Source: a bacterium (lineage in GTDB: Bacteria > Lernaellota > Lernaellaia > Lernaellales > Lernaellaceae). From it: a DNA stretch of 64,000 nucleotides. The stretch spans positions 545,045 through 609,044 of the forward strand of contig DAIMDW010000001.1 in NCBI GenBank assembly GCA_036725605.1, written 5' to 3'. The position numbers were made by a program, and so were the translations under genes. Below the pieces are notes generated by a model. That model had not been told where the DNA came from, made no database searches, and saw nothing but the letters and a program-made list of their open reading frames with translations. Within the stretch, counting starts at the first letter, position 1, and each line of letters opens with the position of its first letter. Below, piece after piece: positions 9,323-21,244 of this stretch.

Positions 9323-11170
9323 ATGCAACAGCCTTTGCACGAAATCGCAGCCATCGCCGCACGGTTCAGCATCCAGCATTGGTGGTTGCTGGTTCTACCG
9401 GCGTTGGCCGGTTTTTTCGCCGCCGGCTGGTCGCGGCCGAAAGAGCGCCGCTGGTTTCATCACCTGCCGACCGTCGTTTTGCTCGTCGCCGGACTGGCGC
9501 TGGTCGTGCGCAACACGGCGATTTTCGACGACGCGTATTACTCCTTCCGTTGCGCGCGCAATCTGGCCGACGGTTACGGCCTGGTGTTCAATCCCGGGCA
9601 GTATTTCGAAATCTACACCAACTTTCTCTGGACGATCTGGCTGGCGCTGTGCCTCAAGCTCAGCGGCCTGAACCTGGAGATCCTCGCCGTTCTCTCCAAT
9701 TACGCCTGTTGGCTCGCCAACATGATCGTCATTTACAAAATCGGCCTCGCCCTCAACGCCAAAAGCAAACATTACTTCCCGCTGGCGGTGCTCGTGTTGG
9801 CGCTGCAGTACTATTTCATGTCCTTCGGCACCTCCGGCCTGGAAACGATGGCCGGCAGTCTGCTGGTGAACCTCGGCGCGTATTTTCTGCTCAGCGAGCG
9901 CACGTATGGTCGCTCGTTCCTGGCCGGATCGTTTTTCATCCTCGCCGTGTTCAACCGGATGGACCACGCGCTGTTTTTCCTCTGCGGCACGGCGGCGCTG
10001 TTGTGGCGCGATCGCTCCCATTGGTCGGCGCTTGTCAGGCGCGATTGGCCGGGCGGCCGCGCCGCCTTGTATCACTTGCTCACCTTCGCCTCACCGCTGC
10101 TGCCGTACGGCGCGTACCTGTTGTGGAAGGTGCACTACTACGGCTCGCTTTTCCCCAGTGCGTTTTACGCCAAGTCGGCCGCCGCGTCGTATTACCATCA
10201 GGGGTTGATCTACACGCTGATGTTCTACCTGGGCTCGCATTTTTACGTGTTGCTGCCGTTGTTGCTGCTGTGGCTGTCGGCCGGCCGTCTGAAAAAGACG
10301 GATGAAACGCCGGGCGCCTCGGTGTTTCGCCTGTTCGCCCTCGCGTCGATCGCCGTCTGGCATTTCTACGTGATCCGCGTCGGCGGCGATTACCTGATCG
10401 GCCGCTTCTACGTCGTCCTGATGCCGTTGATGATCCTCGGCGGCGAGCACTTCATTTTTTCGCAACTGACCAACCGCATGGCGCAGCGGATTCTCGCGGC
10501 CCTGGTCGCCGCCGCCGCGTTCGGCGTACCCTTGCTCGCCGGCATGGAAGGCGCTTATTGCCAGATGGACGGGCACAACCATTACCAGAAATACATTCCG
10601 ACGATCTGGGAAAACCGCAACAATCACGAGCGCACGTTCCCCTGTTTCGCCGAGAAAAGCCTTTCGCCGCTGGTGTTGGCCGACGCGAAATACGGATACG
10701 ACTCAGCGCTGCCGATCATCGATCGCTGGGGCATCACCGATCCGCAATTCAGCCGGAGAAAGGTCGAACATCGCGGCTGCCCCGGCCACGAAAAATATGT
10801 TTCGTTGCAGGAACTGGTCGACCGCGGCATTCGTCTGTCGTTGATTCCCACCGAGCTGTTCGACAATCGCCATCAGGACATCAACGATCTGGTCACGCCC
10901 TGCGGGACGATCGACCTGCTGGTGTACGACCTTACTTTCGTCGACGATCTGCGTGAACATTTGTCTGACGTGACGCTGCCCGACTTCCCCCAATTCCTCG
11001 ACGGCTACCTGGCCGAGTTGACGCAAAAATCGCGCCCCGAAGTGGCCGAGGATTTAAAGAACTTCCAGTTTTATTATTTTAATCTTCATCCGGATCCGGC
11101 GCGCCTGCAGCCGATCCTCGATTACCTCGCGGAGGGTTCGACGGCCAGCGCGGTCAACGCCGCTCCCTGA
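9323..11170 (+). CDS. Polytopic membrane protein, putative GT-C fold glycosyltransferase, paralog 2 (tandem duplicate of 7468..9288)
   Basis: Same architecture and motifs as paralog 1 (DDAYYSFRCARNLADGYG, YTNFLWTIWLAL, CPGHEKYVSLQELVDRGIRLS), about 45% identity by eye. Confidence 0.45.
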   Translation: MQQPLHEIAAIAARFSIQHWWLLVLPALAGFFAAGWSRPKERRWFHHLPTVVLLVAGLALVVRNTAIFDDAYYSFRCARNLADGYGLVFNPGQYFEIYTNFLWTIWLALCLKLSGLNLEILAVLSNYACWLANMIVIYKIGLALNAKSKHYFPLAVLVLALQYYFMSFGTSGLETMAGSLLVNLGAYFLLSERTYGRSFLAGSFFILAVFNRMDHALFFLCGTAALLWRDRSHWSALVRRDWPGGRAALYHLLTFASPLLPYGAYLLWKVHYYGSLFPSAFYAKSAAASYYHQGLIYTLMFYLGSHFYVLLPLLLLWLSAGRLKKTDETPGASVFRLFALASIAVWHFYVIRVGGDYLIGRFYVVLMPLMILGGEHFIFSQLTNRMAQRILAALVAAAAFGVPLLAGMEGAYCQMDGHNHYQKYIPTIWENRNNHERTFPCFAEKSLSPLVLADAKYGYDSALPIIDRWGITDPQFSRRKVEHRGCPGHEKYVSLQELVDRGIRLSLIPTELFDNRHQDINDLVTPCGTIDLLVYDLTFVDDLREHLSDVTLPDFPQFLDGYLAELTQKSRPEVAEDLKNFQFYYFNLHPDPARLQPILDYLAEGSTASAVNAAP

Positions 11171-11613
11171 AGCTCGTAGTGCCGCCATTCATCCTTCGAT
11201 TGTGCGCCGAGGCGGTGGTAGAAATCGATGGCGTTTTCGTTCCACGTCAGCACGCTCCACTCCAACCGGTTGCCGCCGCGCCGCACGGTTTCGCGCGCCA
11301 GACAAGCCAGCATTTTCGTGCCGATCGACAACCGGCGACGCGTCGGATCGACGAACAGGTCTTCGATGTACAAGCCCATCCGCCCCTGGAACGTCGAATA
11401 GATGGAAAAAAACAACGCGAAGCCGACCGGCGTTTCGTCGAGATAGGCGAAGATCACCTCGGCCAACGGACGCTCGCCGAACAGGTGCTCGGCCAACGTT
11501 TCCTCGGTGGCGACCACCGTCTCCAACCGCTTTTCATAGTCCGCCAGCTTGCGGACGAACTCCAGAATCAGCCCGGTTTGCGTGGGTTGAGCCGGACGAA
11601 TGTCGATGTTCAT
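11122..11613 (-). CDS. GNAT family N-acetyltransferase (diamine/spermidine acetyltransferase-like)
   Basis: GNAT motif A region (LYIEDLFVDPTRRRLSIGTKML), about 160 aa. Confidence 0.7.
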   Translation of the reverse strand: MNIDIRPAQPTQTGLILEFVRKLADYEKRLETVVATEETLAEHLFGERPLAEVIFAYLDETPVGFALFFSIYSTFQGRMGLYIEDLFVDPTRRRLSIGTKMLACLARETVRRGGNRLEWSVLTWNENAIDFYHRLGAQSKDEWRHYELQGAALTALAVEPSAR

Positions 11614-11627
11614 CGCTTCCCTTCTCT

Positions 11628-12791
11628 TCAGCGACCGACCAACGAGTCGTGATAGCGACAGCCGCCGGTGTCCAGAATTTCGCGAATCAACCGCGCGGTG
11701 GTCGGCCCCACGCCGCGCAATTCGCGCAGCCGGTTGCGATAGCCGGCGATCGGTTCGGTCAGTTGCGCCACGGAACGTGCCGCGCCGCGATAGGTCGACT
11801 GCCTTCCCTCCGCGGTCAGCATGTAATCGAGGTTTTCCAAAAAGGCGACCACCCGGTCGTTTTCGTCGAGCACGTCGGCGAACAAGGAGGCGGGCATGCG
11901 CCGCGGCATTTCAAGCTTCTTCGCCGCCAGGTTGAACTCCTCGGTGATCGCCGTGTAATACTCGAAGGTCGCCGCGCCCCATTTGTTGCCCGGATAGATG
12001 TTCGCGTATTCCAACTCCAGCTCGGGCCGCACCTCGCGCAGGCGCGATAGAAAGTACTCCTTCTGCCGCCCTTCCTTGAGGGTCATGCCCGAGAAAATCA
12101 CGAAGCGCACGCCGGCCCGTTTCGCCTGGCGCAGCATGGCATCCATCGCCGGCAGCGTGTCGGTGATGAACGGGATGACCGGCATGAGAAAAACGCCCGT
12201 GGCGATGCCCGCCTCGCGCAGGCGGCGCAGCGTGGCCAGGCGTTCCGAAGGCGGCGAAGCGTGCGGCTCGAACTGTTGCGCGGTTTCGTCATCGACGCCG
12301 GAAAAGCTCATGCTGACCACCACCCGGCTGCGGCGGTTGATCTTCTGCAGCAGATCCACGTCGCGCTCGACCAACGACGATTTGGTCAGTACGTGCACCG
12401 GCAATTCCAGATGGGCCAGCAGGTGCAGCACGCGTCGGGTCAAGCCATAGGTTTCCTCCAGCGGCTGGTAGCTGTCGCCGACCCCGCCGCCGAGCAGAAA
12501 AAAAGAACGCTTCAGCGGCGTGCGGCGGCGGCGAACATCCAACTCCCGCGCAAGCACCTCGTCGGCGTTGACCTTGATTTGCACGTCGCGCCCGAAATCG
12601 CAGTCCACGTAATACGATTCGGCGCGACCGTCGCAATAGACGCAGTCATGCGTACAACCGCGATACAGATTCATGCCGTAGCGCGACATGAACCACGAAT
12701 CGAAACGTTTGCGTTTGATCAACACACTCTTGGCTTGCAGTTCGCGTACCACCGCCGTTTCCCATTTTGTATGCCGCCCATCATCGTCCAT
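11628..12791 (-). CDS. Radical SAM protein (SplB-like, COG1533 family) with C-terminal helix-hairpin-helix region
   Basis: CxxxCxxC cluster (CTHDCVYC) near the N-terminus. C-terminal LRELRGVGPTTARLIREIL resembles an HhH. The start is uncertain: ATG at 12791 or 12887. Confidence 0.65.
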   Translation of the reverse strand: MDDDGRHTKWETAVVRELQAKSVLIKRKRFDSWFMSRYGMNLYRGCTHDCVYCDGRAESYYVDCDFGRDVQIKVNADEVLARELDVRRRRTPLKRSFFLLGGGVGDSYQPLEETYGLTRRVLHLLAHLELPVHVLTKSSLVERDVDLLQKINRRSRVVVSMSFSGVDDETAQQFEPHASPPSERLATLRRLREAGIATGVFLMPVIPFITDTLPAMDAMLRQAKRAGVRFVIFSGMTLKEGRQKEYFLSRLREVRPELELEYANIYPGNKWGAATFEYYTAITEEFNLAAKKLEMPRRMPASLFADVLDENDRVVAFLENLDYMLTAEGRQSTYRGAARSVAQLTEPIAGYRNRLRELRGVGPTTARLIREILDTGGCRYHDSLVGR

Positions 12792-12885
12792 TTTGCCGGT
12801 CGACAAAAGATGAAAAACCTCATTGCGGCAGGCGCGCGTCGATGATAGATTTCGCGTCCAGCGACTGAGAACCGACGGGGGCACC

Positions 12886-13638
12886 ATGGATGATCAGCTG
12901 ATGTGGCAGACGTTCATCGAAATCTACACCGATCTGCCGCAACAGGGACCGGGTAACGATGAAAATACGTTAAAAGCGCTGGCCAAACTGCCGTTGCCGC
13001 CGGCGCCGCATATTCTGGACGTCGGCTGCGGCACCGGTCGCCAAACCTTGCAACTGGCGCACGTGACCGGCGGAACGGTCATCGCGGTCGACAATCTCCA
13101 ATCGTATCTTTTCGAATTGCAGGCCAAAGCCAAGCAGGCCGGGCTCGACGAACGCGTGGTCGTGCGGCAGGGAGATATGAACAACCTGCCTTTCGCCCGC
13201 AACTCCTTCGATTTGATCTGGTCCGAGGGCGCGATTTACATCATGGGCTTCGGCAACGGTCTGCAGAAATGGCGCAAACTGCTCAAGCCCGGCGGCTGCC
13301 TGGTGGTGACCGAAATTTCCTGGCTGCGCGAGGACGCGCCGCTGGAGTGCCACAGGTTCTGGCAGCAGGAATATCCGGCCATGGCCACGGTGAAAGAAAA
13401 CCTGCGCACGATCCGGGCCAATGGTTACGAGTTGATCGATCATTTCACGTTGCCGGAAGACGCCTGGTGGGGACCGTATTACCTTCCGCTGGAAGCGCGC
13501 CTGAACATGTTCCGCGAAAAGTACGCGGGCGATAAAGAGCGGTTGCAGGTTGTCGAGATGTCGCAAACCGAAATCGAGCAATACCGCAAGTACAGCGCCT
13601 ATTACGGCTACGTGTTTTACCTGCTGCGCCGGCATTGA
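12886..13638 (+). CDS. Class I SAM-dependent methyltransferase
   Basis: ILDVGCGTGRQT motif I, VIAVD motif II, and an acidic loop after RQGDM. Confidence 0.7.
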   Translation: MDDQLMWQTFIEIYTDLPQQGPGNDENTLKALAKLPLPPAPHILDVGCGTGRQTLQLAHVTGGTVIAVDNLQSYLFELQAKAKQAGLDERVVVRQGDMNNLPFARNSFDLIWSEGAIYIMGFGNGLQKWRKLLKPGGCLVVTEISWLREDAPLECHRFWQQEYPAMATVKENLRTIRANGYELIDHFTLPEDAWWGPYYLPLEARLNMFREKYAGDKERLQVVEMSQTEIEQYRKYSAYYGYVFYLLRRH

Positions 13639-13706
13639 AACAACGATCCGTTGCAAGGCGCAAACGTTCCCTTAAACTTATTCCAATAATATGTTAAGGT
13701 AACGGC

Positions 13707-14234
13707 ATGACGTTTCCCCTGATCACACCTCGTTTACAGTTGCGCCCGCCTACGGTCGACGATTTCGAGGAACTGTATGCCATCATCTGGTCCGACCCGG
13801 CCGTCATGCGGTTCGTGGCCGACGGGCAAACGCGTTCGCGTGAGCGCGCTTGGACCGGCTTTGAAAAAATGTTGGCGATTTACAACGAGAGACGCATGGG
13901 CCCGCTGATGATCGTGGAAGCGACCAACGGACGGCTGGCCGGCGAATGCGGCGTCATGCCGGTCCCCGGCGCCGATGGGGACATCGAACTCTTCTACACC
14001 CTGGGGAAGGATTTTTGGGGGCGCGGCCTGGCCACCGAAGCCGCCCGGGCCGTTTTGGCCTACGCCATGTCGCCCATGGAAGACGGCGGCCTGGGCCTCG
14101 ACCGCCTGATCGGCATCACCTATCCGAACAATCTCGCTTCCCAACGGGTGTTGAGCAAAATCGGCATGCGGCAAGTGGGGCTGACCGACAAGTTCTACGA
14201 CATCCAAAGCGTCTGGTTCGTCATCGAACGATAG
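13707..14234 (+). CDS. GNAT family N-acetyltransferase (RimJ/RimL-like)
   Basis: LRPPTVDDFEELYAI at the N-terminus and a Q/R-x-x-G-x-G/A-like segment (GRGLATEAARAVLAYA). Confidence 0.7.
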   Translation: MTFPLITPRLQLRPPTVDDFEELYAIIWSDPAVMRFVADGQTRSRERAWTGFEKMLAIYNERRMGPLMIVEATNGRLAGECGVMPVPGADGDIELFYTLGKDFWGRGLATEAARAVLAYAMSPMEDGGLGLDRLIGITYPNNLASQRVLSKIGMRQVGLTDKFYDIQSVWFVIER

Positions 14235-14246
14235 GCGCGACGGCCA

Positions 14247-15863
<1,617 letters not shown>

Positions 15864-16279
15864 AGTCCTCCCCGTGCAACAAAACAGTATAAGCGTTCCA
15901 TTTCAAGTTAGTATCGGCTTTTTTCCGGAAAGATTACACTTGTTTTTTGCATCTTCATTCCTTTCTGGAAGAAAAGGTCCATTGCTTTTATCTCGCTGAC
16001 AATCATTTTCGTTTGCCATATATTATCATATGGTTATCGTTTTTTGCCACCCTTGGATTGAAATCGTCGCTCATCGGCTGACGTCGCCCGCCGATCGACG
16101 CGGTCCTTGTCGATGATCGAAGATTTTCATCCCCTCGCTCCCCCTTCTGTCGCAACCATTCCCGCCTCAAATTCCCAAAAAATTAAATCCAGGTACAATG
16201 GCGCTTTTCCGATAAATATCACGAGGGGGATCGTATAGCTCGATTGAGCCCAAAAAAAAATTTCCCAGGGGAAGTGCTA

Positions 16280-18172
16280 ATGAAACTTCGCAATCGGTTA
16301 TTGATATATATCATTTGCAGCATGACTCTTGCCACGCTCCTGTACTATGGGGTTTTTTACTTCTTCGTCTACTACAGCTACCAGAATCTGGAAGATGAAC
16401 TGGCGATTCGAAATTTAAATCGAAGCGCAGCGGCATTGCAGCGCGAAATTGAACAGTTGAGCATTTTCGTTCGAGATTGGGCGACCTGGGACGATTCATG
16501 CCAGTTTCTTATCGATAAAAATGAGAACTTTATAAAATCCAACCTTAGCCAGGTTACCTTTGCGAACAATAAAATTGTATCAATATATTATTATGATAAT
16601 AATGGAAAGCTTGTATGGGGCAGATCCTACGATAGTGAATTCAAAATGGAAATCCCGTTGCCGATGTTGGACGCCCCCGACCAACGGGCGATAGCCCCTC
16701 TGCTTCGTCATAATGATATCGATGACTTCACTTTGGGATTGATGCGGGTTGGCGATAGTATTCTGATGATTGCCTCCTTGCCCATTATCACTTCCGATCG
16801 TAAGGGACCCGTCCGCGGTACGCTGGTTATGGGTCGCCTCCTGACCGATCAGGTCGTGGAACAGCTACGAAAACAAACAGAAGTTCAACTCTTGTACTGG
16901 CCGATCAACTCGACGCTTCTCCCGCAAGACAAGCAATTCATTCTCTCTCAGCTAACCGAGGCAAATTCCATTCACGTGGAACGCAAAAGCAGTTCCATCC
17001 TCAACGCTTATACCGTGCTCAATGACATCTACGGAAAACCCCTGCTGTTGTTGGAAGCGACCACTCCTCGGCACATCACGGCTCAGGGGCGCAATACCTT
17101 ATATTATACGCTTGGTTTCTTGCTCGCTTTCAGCGTTGTGATCATTGCCATTTTCATCCGCATGACCGATCGCCTGGTCACCAAGCCGCTGGAACAATTG
17201 ACGCAATCGGTGTTGACCATCGGCAAAACGGCCGATTTGTCCCTGCCCGTCGCCATGGACCGCGCCGACGAAATGGGCGTGCTGTCGCGCGAATTCGACG
17301 CCATGAACCACAAACTTTATGAAGCGCAAAGGCGTCTGCTGGATCAGTCCTACTATGCCGGCATGTCCGAACTGGCCACGGAGATCCTGCACAACGTCGG
17401 CAACATCCTCACCAGCATCAACACGTCGGTGAACCTGGTGGAGGAAAAACTGGATCAAAGTTCCATCAAAACGCTGCCTAAGGCGGTGGACCTGCTCAAC
17501 GAACACAAAAACGATCTGGCCGATTTCCTCACCAACGACCCCAAGGGACAACGACTGATAGATTATTTTAATAGCCTTGTCGAGCAAACCGAAGTGGAAT
17601 TGCTCATTCTCGAGGAAAACATCGACTCGCTGCAGAAAAACCTGGATCACTCGCAGACGATCATGCAATTGCAGCAGGACCACGCGAAAGCGCCGGGATT
17701 CACCGAACGGATTTCCCTGGAAGAGCTGGTGGAAAACGCGATTAAAATAAACGAGCACGTATTGGCGCGTGAGGCGATCGACGTCGAGCGTAATTACGAA
17801 TCGTTTCCGCCCATGCTGGCTGAAAAGCACCGGATTCAGATGATCCTGATCAACCTGACGCGCAATGCCATCTCGGCCTTGATGGAAAAGAAAAACGGCG
17901 ACCGAACGATTTTATATCGTATCTATCGTCAGTCGCCACAAAGTGTTTCTATTGAAGTCAAGGATACGGGAATTGGTATTGCGAAGCAGAATCTTTCCAA
18001 TATATTCTCCTATGGTTTTACAACCAAGGAACATGGACACGGTTTTGGCTTGCACAGTTCCGCCAACGCCGCAAAAGCCATGGGAGGCAAACTTAAAGTT
18101 GCCAGTGAGGGGATCGACAAGGGCGCTACATTCATTCTTGAAATACCCATTGAGCCTAAATCAAATGAGTAG
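16280..18172 (+). CDS. Sensor histidine kinase with CHASE4-like periplasmic domain paralogous to the neighbouring cyclase sensor
   Basis: The sensor segment aligns with the cyclase sensor (DWATWDDSCQF..KNENFIKSNL versus DWAAWNDTVQF..RNENYINGNL). A HAMP domain follows, then a HisKA-like H-box and an HATPase_c region with N, G1 and G2 boxes (DTGIGI...GFGLHSS). Confidence 0.8.
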   Translation: MKLRNRLLIYIICSMTLATLLYYGVFYFFVYYSYQNLEDELAIRNLNRSAAALQREIEQLSIFVRDWATWDDSCQFLIDKNENFIKSNLSQVTFANNKIVSIYYYDNNGKLVWGRSYDSEFKMEIPLPMLDAPDQRAIAPLLRHNDIDDFTLGLMRVGDSILMIASLPIITSDRKGPVRGTLVMGRLLTDQVVEQLRKQTEVQLLYWPINSTLLPQDKQFILSQLTEANSIHVERKSSSILNAYTVLNDIYGKPLLLLEATTPRHITAQGRNTLYYTLGFLLAFSVVIIAIFIRMTDRLVTKPLEQLTQSVLTIGKTADLSLPVAMDRADEMGVLSREFDAMNHKLYEAQRRLLDQSYYAGMSELATEILHNVGNILTSINTSVNLVEEKLDQSSIKTLPKAVDLLNEHKNDLADFLTNDPKGQRLIDYFNSLVEQTEVELLILEENIDSLQKNLDHSQTIMQLQQDHAKAPGFTERISLEELVENAIKINEHVLAREAIDVERNYESFPPMLAEKHRIQMILINLTRNAISALMEKKNGDRTILYRIYRQSPQSVSIEVKDTGIGIAKQNLSNIFSYGFTTKEHGHGFGLHSSANAAKAMGGKLKVASEGIDKGATFILEIPIEPKSNE

Positions 18173-18184
18173 AGAGGCGATTCA

Positions 18185-21100
18185 ATGAATCGCAGAATTT
18201 TATTGATCGACGATAATCAAAACATTCATTTCGATTTTCGTAAGATCTTTGCTTCCGAGCAGGCGAACCCGGAATTGTCAAAGCTTTCTCAACTGTTGTT
18301 CGACGATTTTCCCCTGCCCGTCAGCAGCATCGAATTTACCATCGATTCCGCTTATCAGGGGATGGAGGGCGCCGAGCTGGCGCGCCAGGCCCGGGCGGAT
18401 AACAATCCCTATGCGATGGCCTTCGTCGACGTGCGGATGCCGCCGGGCTGGGACGGCGTGGAAACCGCAAAACATCTCTGGGAAATCGATCCGGATTTGC
18501 AGCTCGTGCTGTGCACGGCATTTTCCGATTATTCGTTTCGTCAGATCATTCAGCAATTGGGCGTCACCGACCGTCTGTTGATCCTGAAAAAGCCGTTCGA
18601 TTTGATGGAAGTTCGCCAACTGGCCATCTCCATTACCGAGAAATGGAATTTGCAACAAACGGCCAGACAAGCGACCATGGAACTGGAGGCGCATCGCGAT
18701 CGCCTCGATTCTCTGGTGCACGAGCGCACGTCTGAACTTGAACGCACCTACGACGAACTGAAAAAAGAAACCTCGGAACGCGAGCAGATAACCCACCAAC
18801 TGCACAACAACGAATTGCTCTTCCGGTTGTTGACCGACAACATGAACGACCTGGTCGCCATCACCGACGCCAAGGCGGTATTCACCTACGTTAGTCCGTC
18901 CTACGTCGCCGTCCTCGGACATGAGCCCCGGCAGTTGTTGGGAAAATCCTTTTACTCGCTGATTCATCCGGACGACCGCCAGCAGGTCTTCGAAAAGCTG
19001 CAGGACGGCGACCATCTGCGCGATTCTTCCTCCGCCGTCTATCGCATGCAACATCGGGAAGGACACTACCTGTGGTTTGAAACCATCGGGCGTATCGTCG
19101 GGCATGAAGGCGATCTGATGTTCGGCGCCGTTTTCAACACGCGCGAGATCACCGATCGGATTCTGGCCGAGGAAAAAGCCGCATTCACCCGCCAGCGCAT
19201 TCAGCGACAGCAACGGGCCATCGTGAAGATTCTGACCGGCCAGTCGCAGTTCGAAGTGGGATTCCTCGATTCGGTGCGCAAAACGTTGGAAATCGCCACC
19301 AAAGCCTTGCAGGTCGAGCGCAGCGGGATTCTGTTGTTCACCGAAAACCGGGAAGAATTGCAATGCATCAATCTTTTCGATTCCGCGACCAACAGCCATT
19401 CCAAGGGACTGACGATCAACGTTCACGATTGTCCCAATTACTTCGCGGCGGTGCAGAGCAGCCGGGCGATCGACGCCACCAACGCCCGTGAGGATTCGCG
19501 AACCAGGGAGTTATTGGAAAGTCTGTTGATCCCCAATAATATATCCTCGCTCTTGGATGCCGCGATTCGCTCGCACGGCGACGTGGCCGGCGTCGTCTGT
19601 TTTCAGCACACCGGGACGCCGCGCAAATGGGAACCAGATGAAGTCACCTTCGCCGGCGAAGTGGCCGACTACTTGTCGCAAATCCTCATCATCAACAAAC
19701 GAAAACAGGCGGAAAACGCGCTCCGGGAAAGCGAGGAAAGGTTCCGCACGCTGCACGAGGCGTCGTTCGGGGGCATCGGCATTCACGACAATTTCATCTT
19801 GCTCGACGCCAATCGTTCGCTGTGCCGGATGATGGGCTACTCCTATCGGGAGTTGATCAATACCAACGTCCTGCGTTTGATCGCGCCCGAATGGCGGGAA
19901 ATCGTTTCTCAACACATCGAAGAAAAATTACAGAAACCCTACGAAGCGACCGGCATGCGCAAGGACGGTTCACTGTTCCCGTTGGAAATTCAGGGCCGCT
20001 CGTTGCCGTACCAGGGGCGCATCGTCAATGTTACCGAATTCCGCGACATCACCGAACGGGTCGAGGCGGAAAACGAACGCACGCACCTCGAAGCGCAGTT
20101 GCTGCAATCGCAAAAAATGGAAGCCATCGGGCGTCTGGCCGGCGGCGTGGCGCACGATTTCAACAACATCCTGACCGGCATCAACGGCTACGCCGAAATT
20201 CTCCTGGCCAATCTCGACCCCAACGATCCGCTGTACAGCGACATCGAGGAAATCCTCCGCGCCGGCAAGCGGGCCACGGAATTGACCAACCAACTGCTCG
20301 CCTTCAGCCGCAAACAAGTCACGCATCCGAAGATCATTCAAGCCAACCAGATCATCGCCAACGCGCAAAAAATGCTCGCCCGCATCATCGGCGAGGACAT
20401 CGACCTGGTTTTCCGCGAGGATCCGGAACTCTGGCCGATCATGATGGACCCCTCGCAGCTCGACCAGATTCTGGTGAACCTGTCGGTCAATGCGCGCGAC
20501 GCCATGCTGCACGGCGGTAAACTGATTATTGAGACGAAAAATATTGTCATTCCGCCGCAGGATGCGCGTTTTCATGACAGCCGGGAGAACGGGCAATACA
20601 TCTGTCTCAGCGTCATCGACACCGGCCACGGCATGGACGAGGAAACCAAACAGCACCTCTTCGAGCCCTTTTTCACGACCAAGCCCAAAGGCAAAGGCAC
20701 CGGCCTGGGCCTGGCCACCGTGTACGGCATCGTCGAGCAGAACGACGGCATCATCGAGGTCGAATCGACGATCGACAAAGGCACCGAGTTTCACCTCTAC
20801 CTGCCCCGCGCCGGCGAAGCCGTCGAAGACGATTATGTCGAAAAGCCATCGCTCACCATTCCCACCGGCAACGAAACGATCCTGCTCGTCGAGGACGAGG
20901 ATATGGTGCGCAGCCTGGCGAAAAAGATTCTCGAAATGCACAACTACAAAGTGCTGGAGGCGTCCGGAGCGGGCGAAGCGCATTTCATCTGCCAGAACGA
21001 ATTGGAGAATATCGACCTGCTGCTCTCCGACGTGGTCATGCCGCGCATGAGCGGACAGGATTTGTATCACATGCTGCGCAAGAACAAACCGCAATTGAAG

Positions 21101-21235
21101 GCGGTGTTCATGTCTGGCTACACCGAAGACGCCATCGCCAGCCACGGCTCGATGGAACCGGGGACCTGGTTCATCCAAAAGCCGTTCACCATTGAGTCGC
21201 TCGCCCGGAAGGTGCGTGAAGCGCTCGACACTTGA
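18185..21235 (+). CDS. Hybrid sensor histidine kinase/response regulator (REC-PAS-GAF-PAS-HisKA-HATPase-REC)
   Basis: N-terminal receiver (LLIDDN...VDVRMPPGWDG). PAS and GAF segments. H-box HDFNNILTGINGYAEIL. HATPase G-boxes (DTGHGMD, GTGLGLA). C-terminal receiver (LLVEDEDMV...DVVMPRMSG). Confidence 0.85.
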   Translation: MNRRILLIDDNQNIHFDFRKIFASEQANPELSKLSQLLFDDFPLPVSSIEFTIDSAYQGMEGAELARQARADNNPYAMAFVDVRMPPGWDGVETAKHLWEIDPDLQLVLCTAFSDYSFRQIIQQLGVTDRLLILKKPFDLMEVRQLAISITEKWNLQQTARQATMELEAHRDRLDSLVHERTSELERTYDELKKETSEREQITHQLHNNELLFRLLTDNMNDLVAITDAKAVFTYVSPSYVAVLGHEPRQLLGKSFYSLIHPDDRQQVFEKLQDGDHLRDSSSAVYRMQHREGHYLWFETIGRIVGHEGDLMFGAVFNTREITDRILAEEKAAFTRQRIQRQQRAIVKILTGQSQFEVGFLDSVRKTLEIATKALQVERSGILLFTENREELQCINLFDSATNSHSKGLTINVHDCPNYFAAVQSSRAIDATNAREDSRTRELLESLLIPNNISSLLDAAIRSHGDVAGVVCFQHTGTPRKWEPDEVTFAGEVADYLSQILIINKRKQAENALRESEERFRTLHEASFGGIGIHDNFILLDANRSLCRMMGYSYRELINTNVLRLIAPEWREIVSQHIEEKLQKPYEATGMRKDGSLFPLEIQGRSLPYQGRIVNVTEFRDITERVEAENERTHLEAQLLQSQKMEAIGRLAGGVAHDFNNILTGINGYAEILLANLDPNDPLYSDIEEILRAGKRATELTNQLLAFSRKQVTHPKIIQANQIIANAQKMLARIIGEDIDLVFREDPELWPIMMDPSQLDQILVNLSVNARDAMLHGGKLIIETKNIVIPPQDARFHDSRENGQYICLSVIDTGHGMDEETKQHLFEPFFTTKPKGKGTGLGLATVYGIVEQNDGIIEVESTIDKGTEFHLYLPRAGEAVEDDYVEKPSLTIPTGNETILLVEDEDMVRSLAKKILEMHNYKVLEASGAGEAHFICQNELENIDLLLSDVVMPRMSGQDLYHMLRKNKPQLKAVFMSGYTEDAIASHGSMEPGTWFIQKPFTIESLARKVREALDT

Positions 21236-21244
21236 CCGGCGCCG

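Noticed and set aside
15864-16279. tRNA or other structured RNA in the AT-rich divergent intergenic region
   Set aside because: No acceptor or T-arm patterns found on manual inspection. It more likely holds a promoter and operator. The near-palindrome is noted under the CHASE4 finding.
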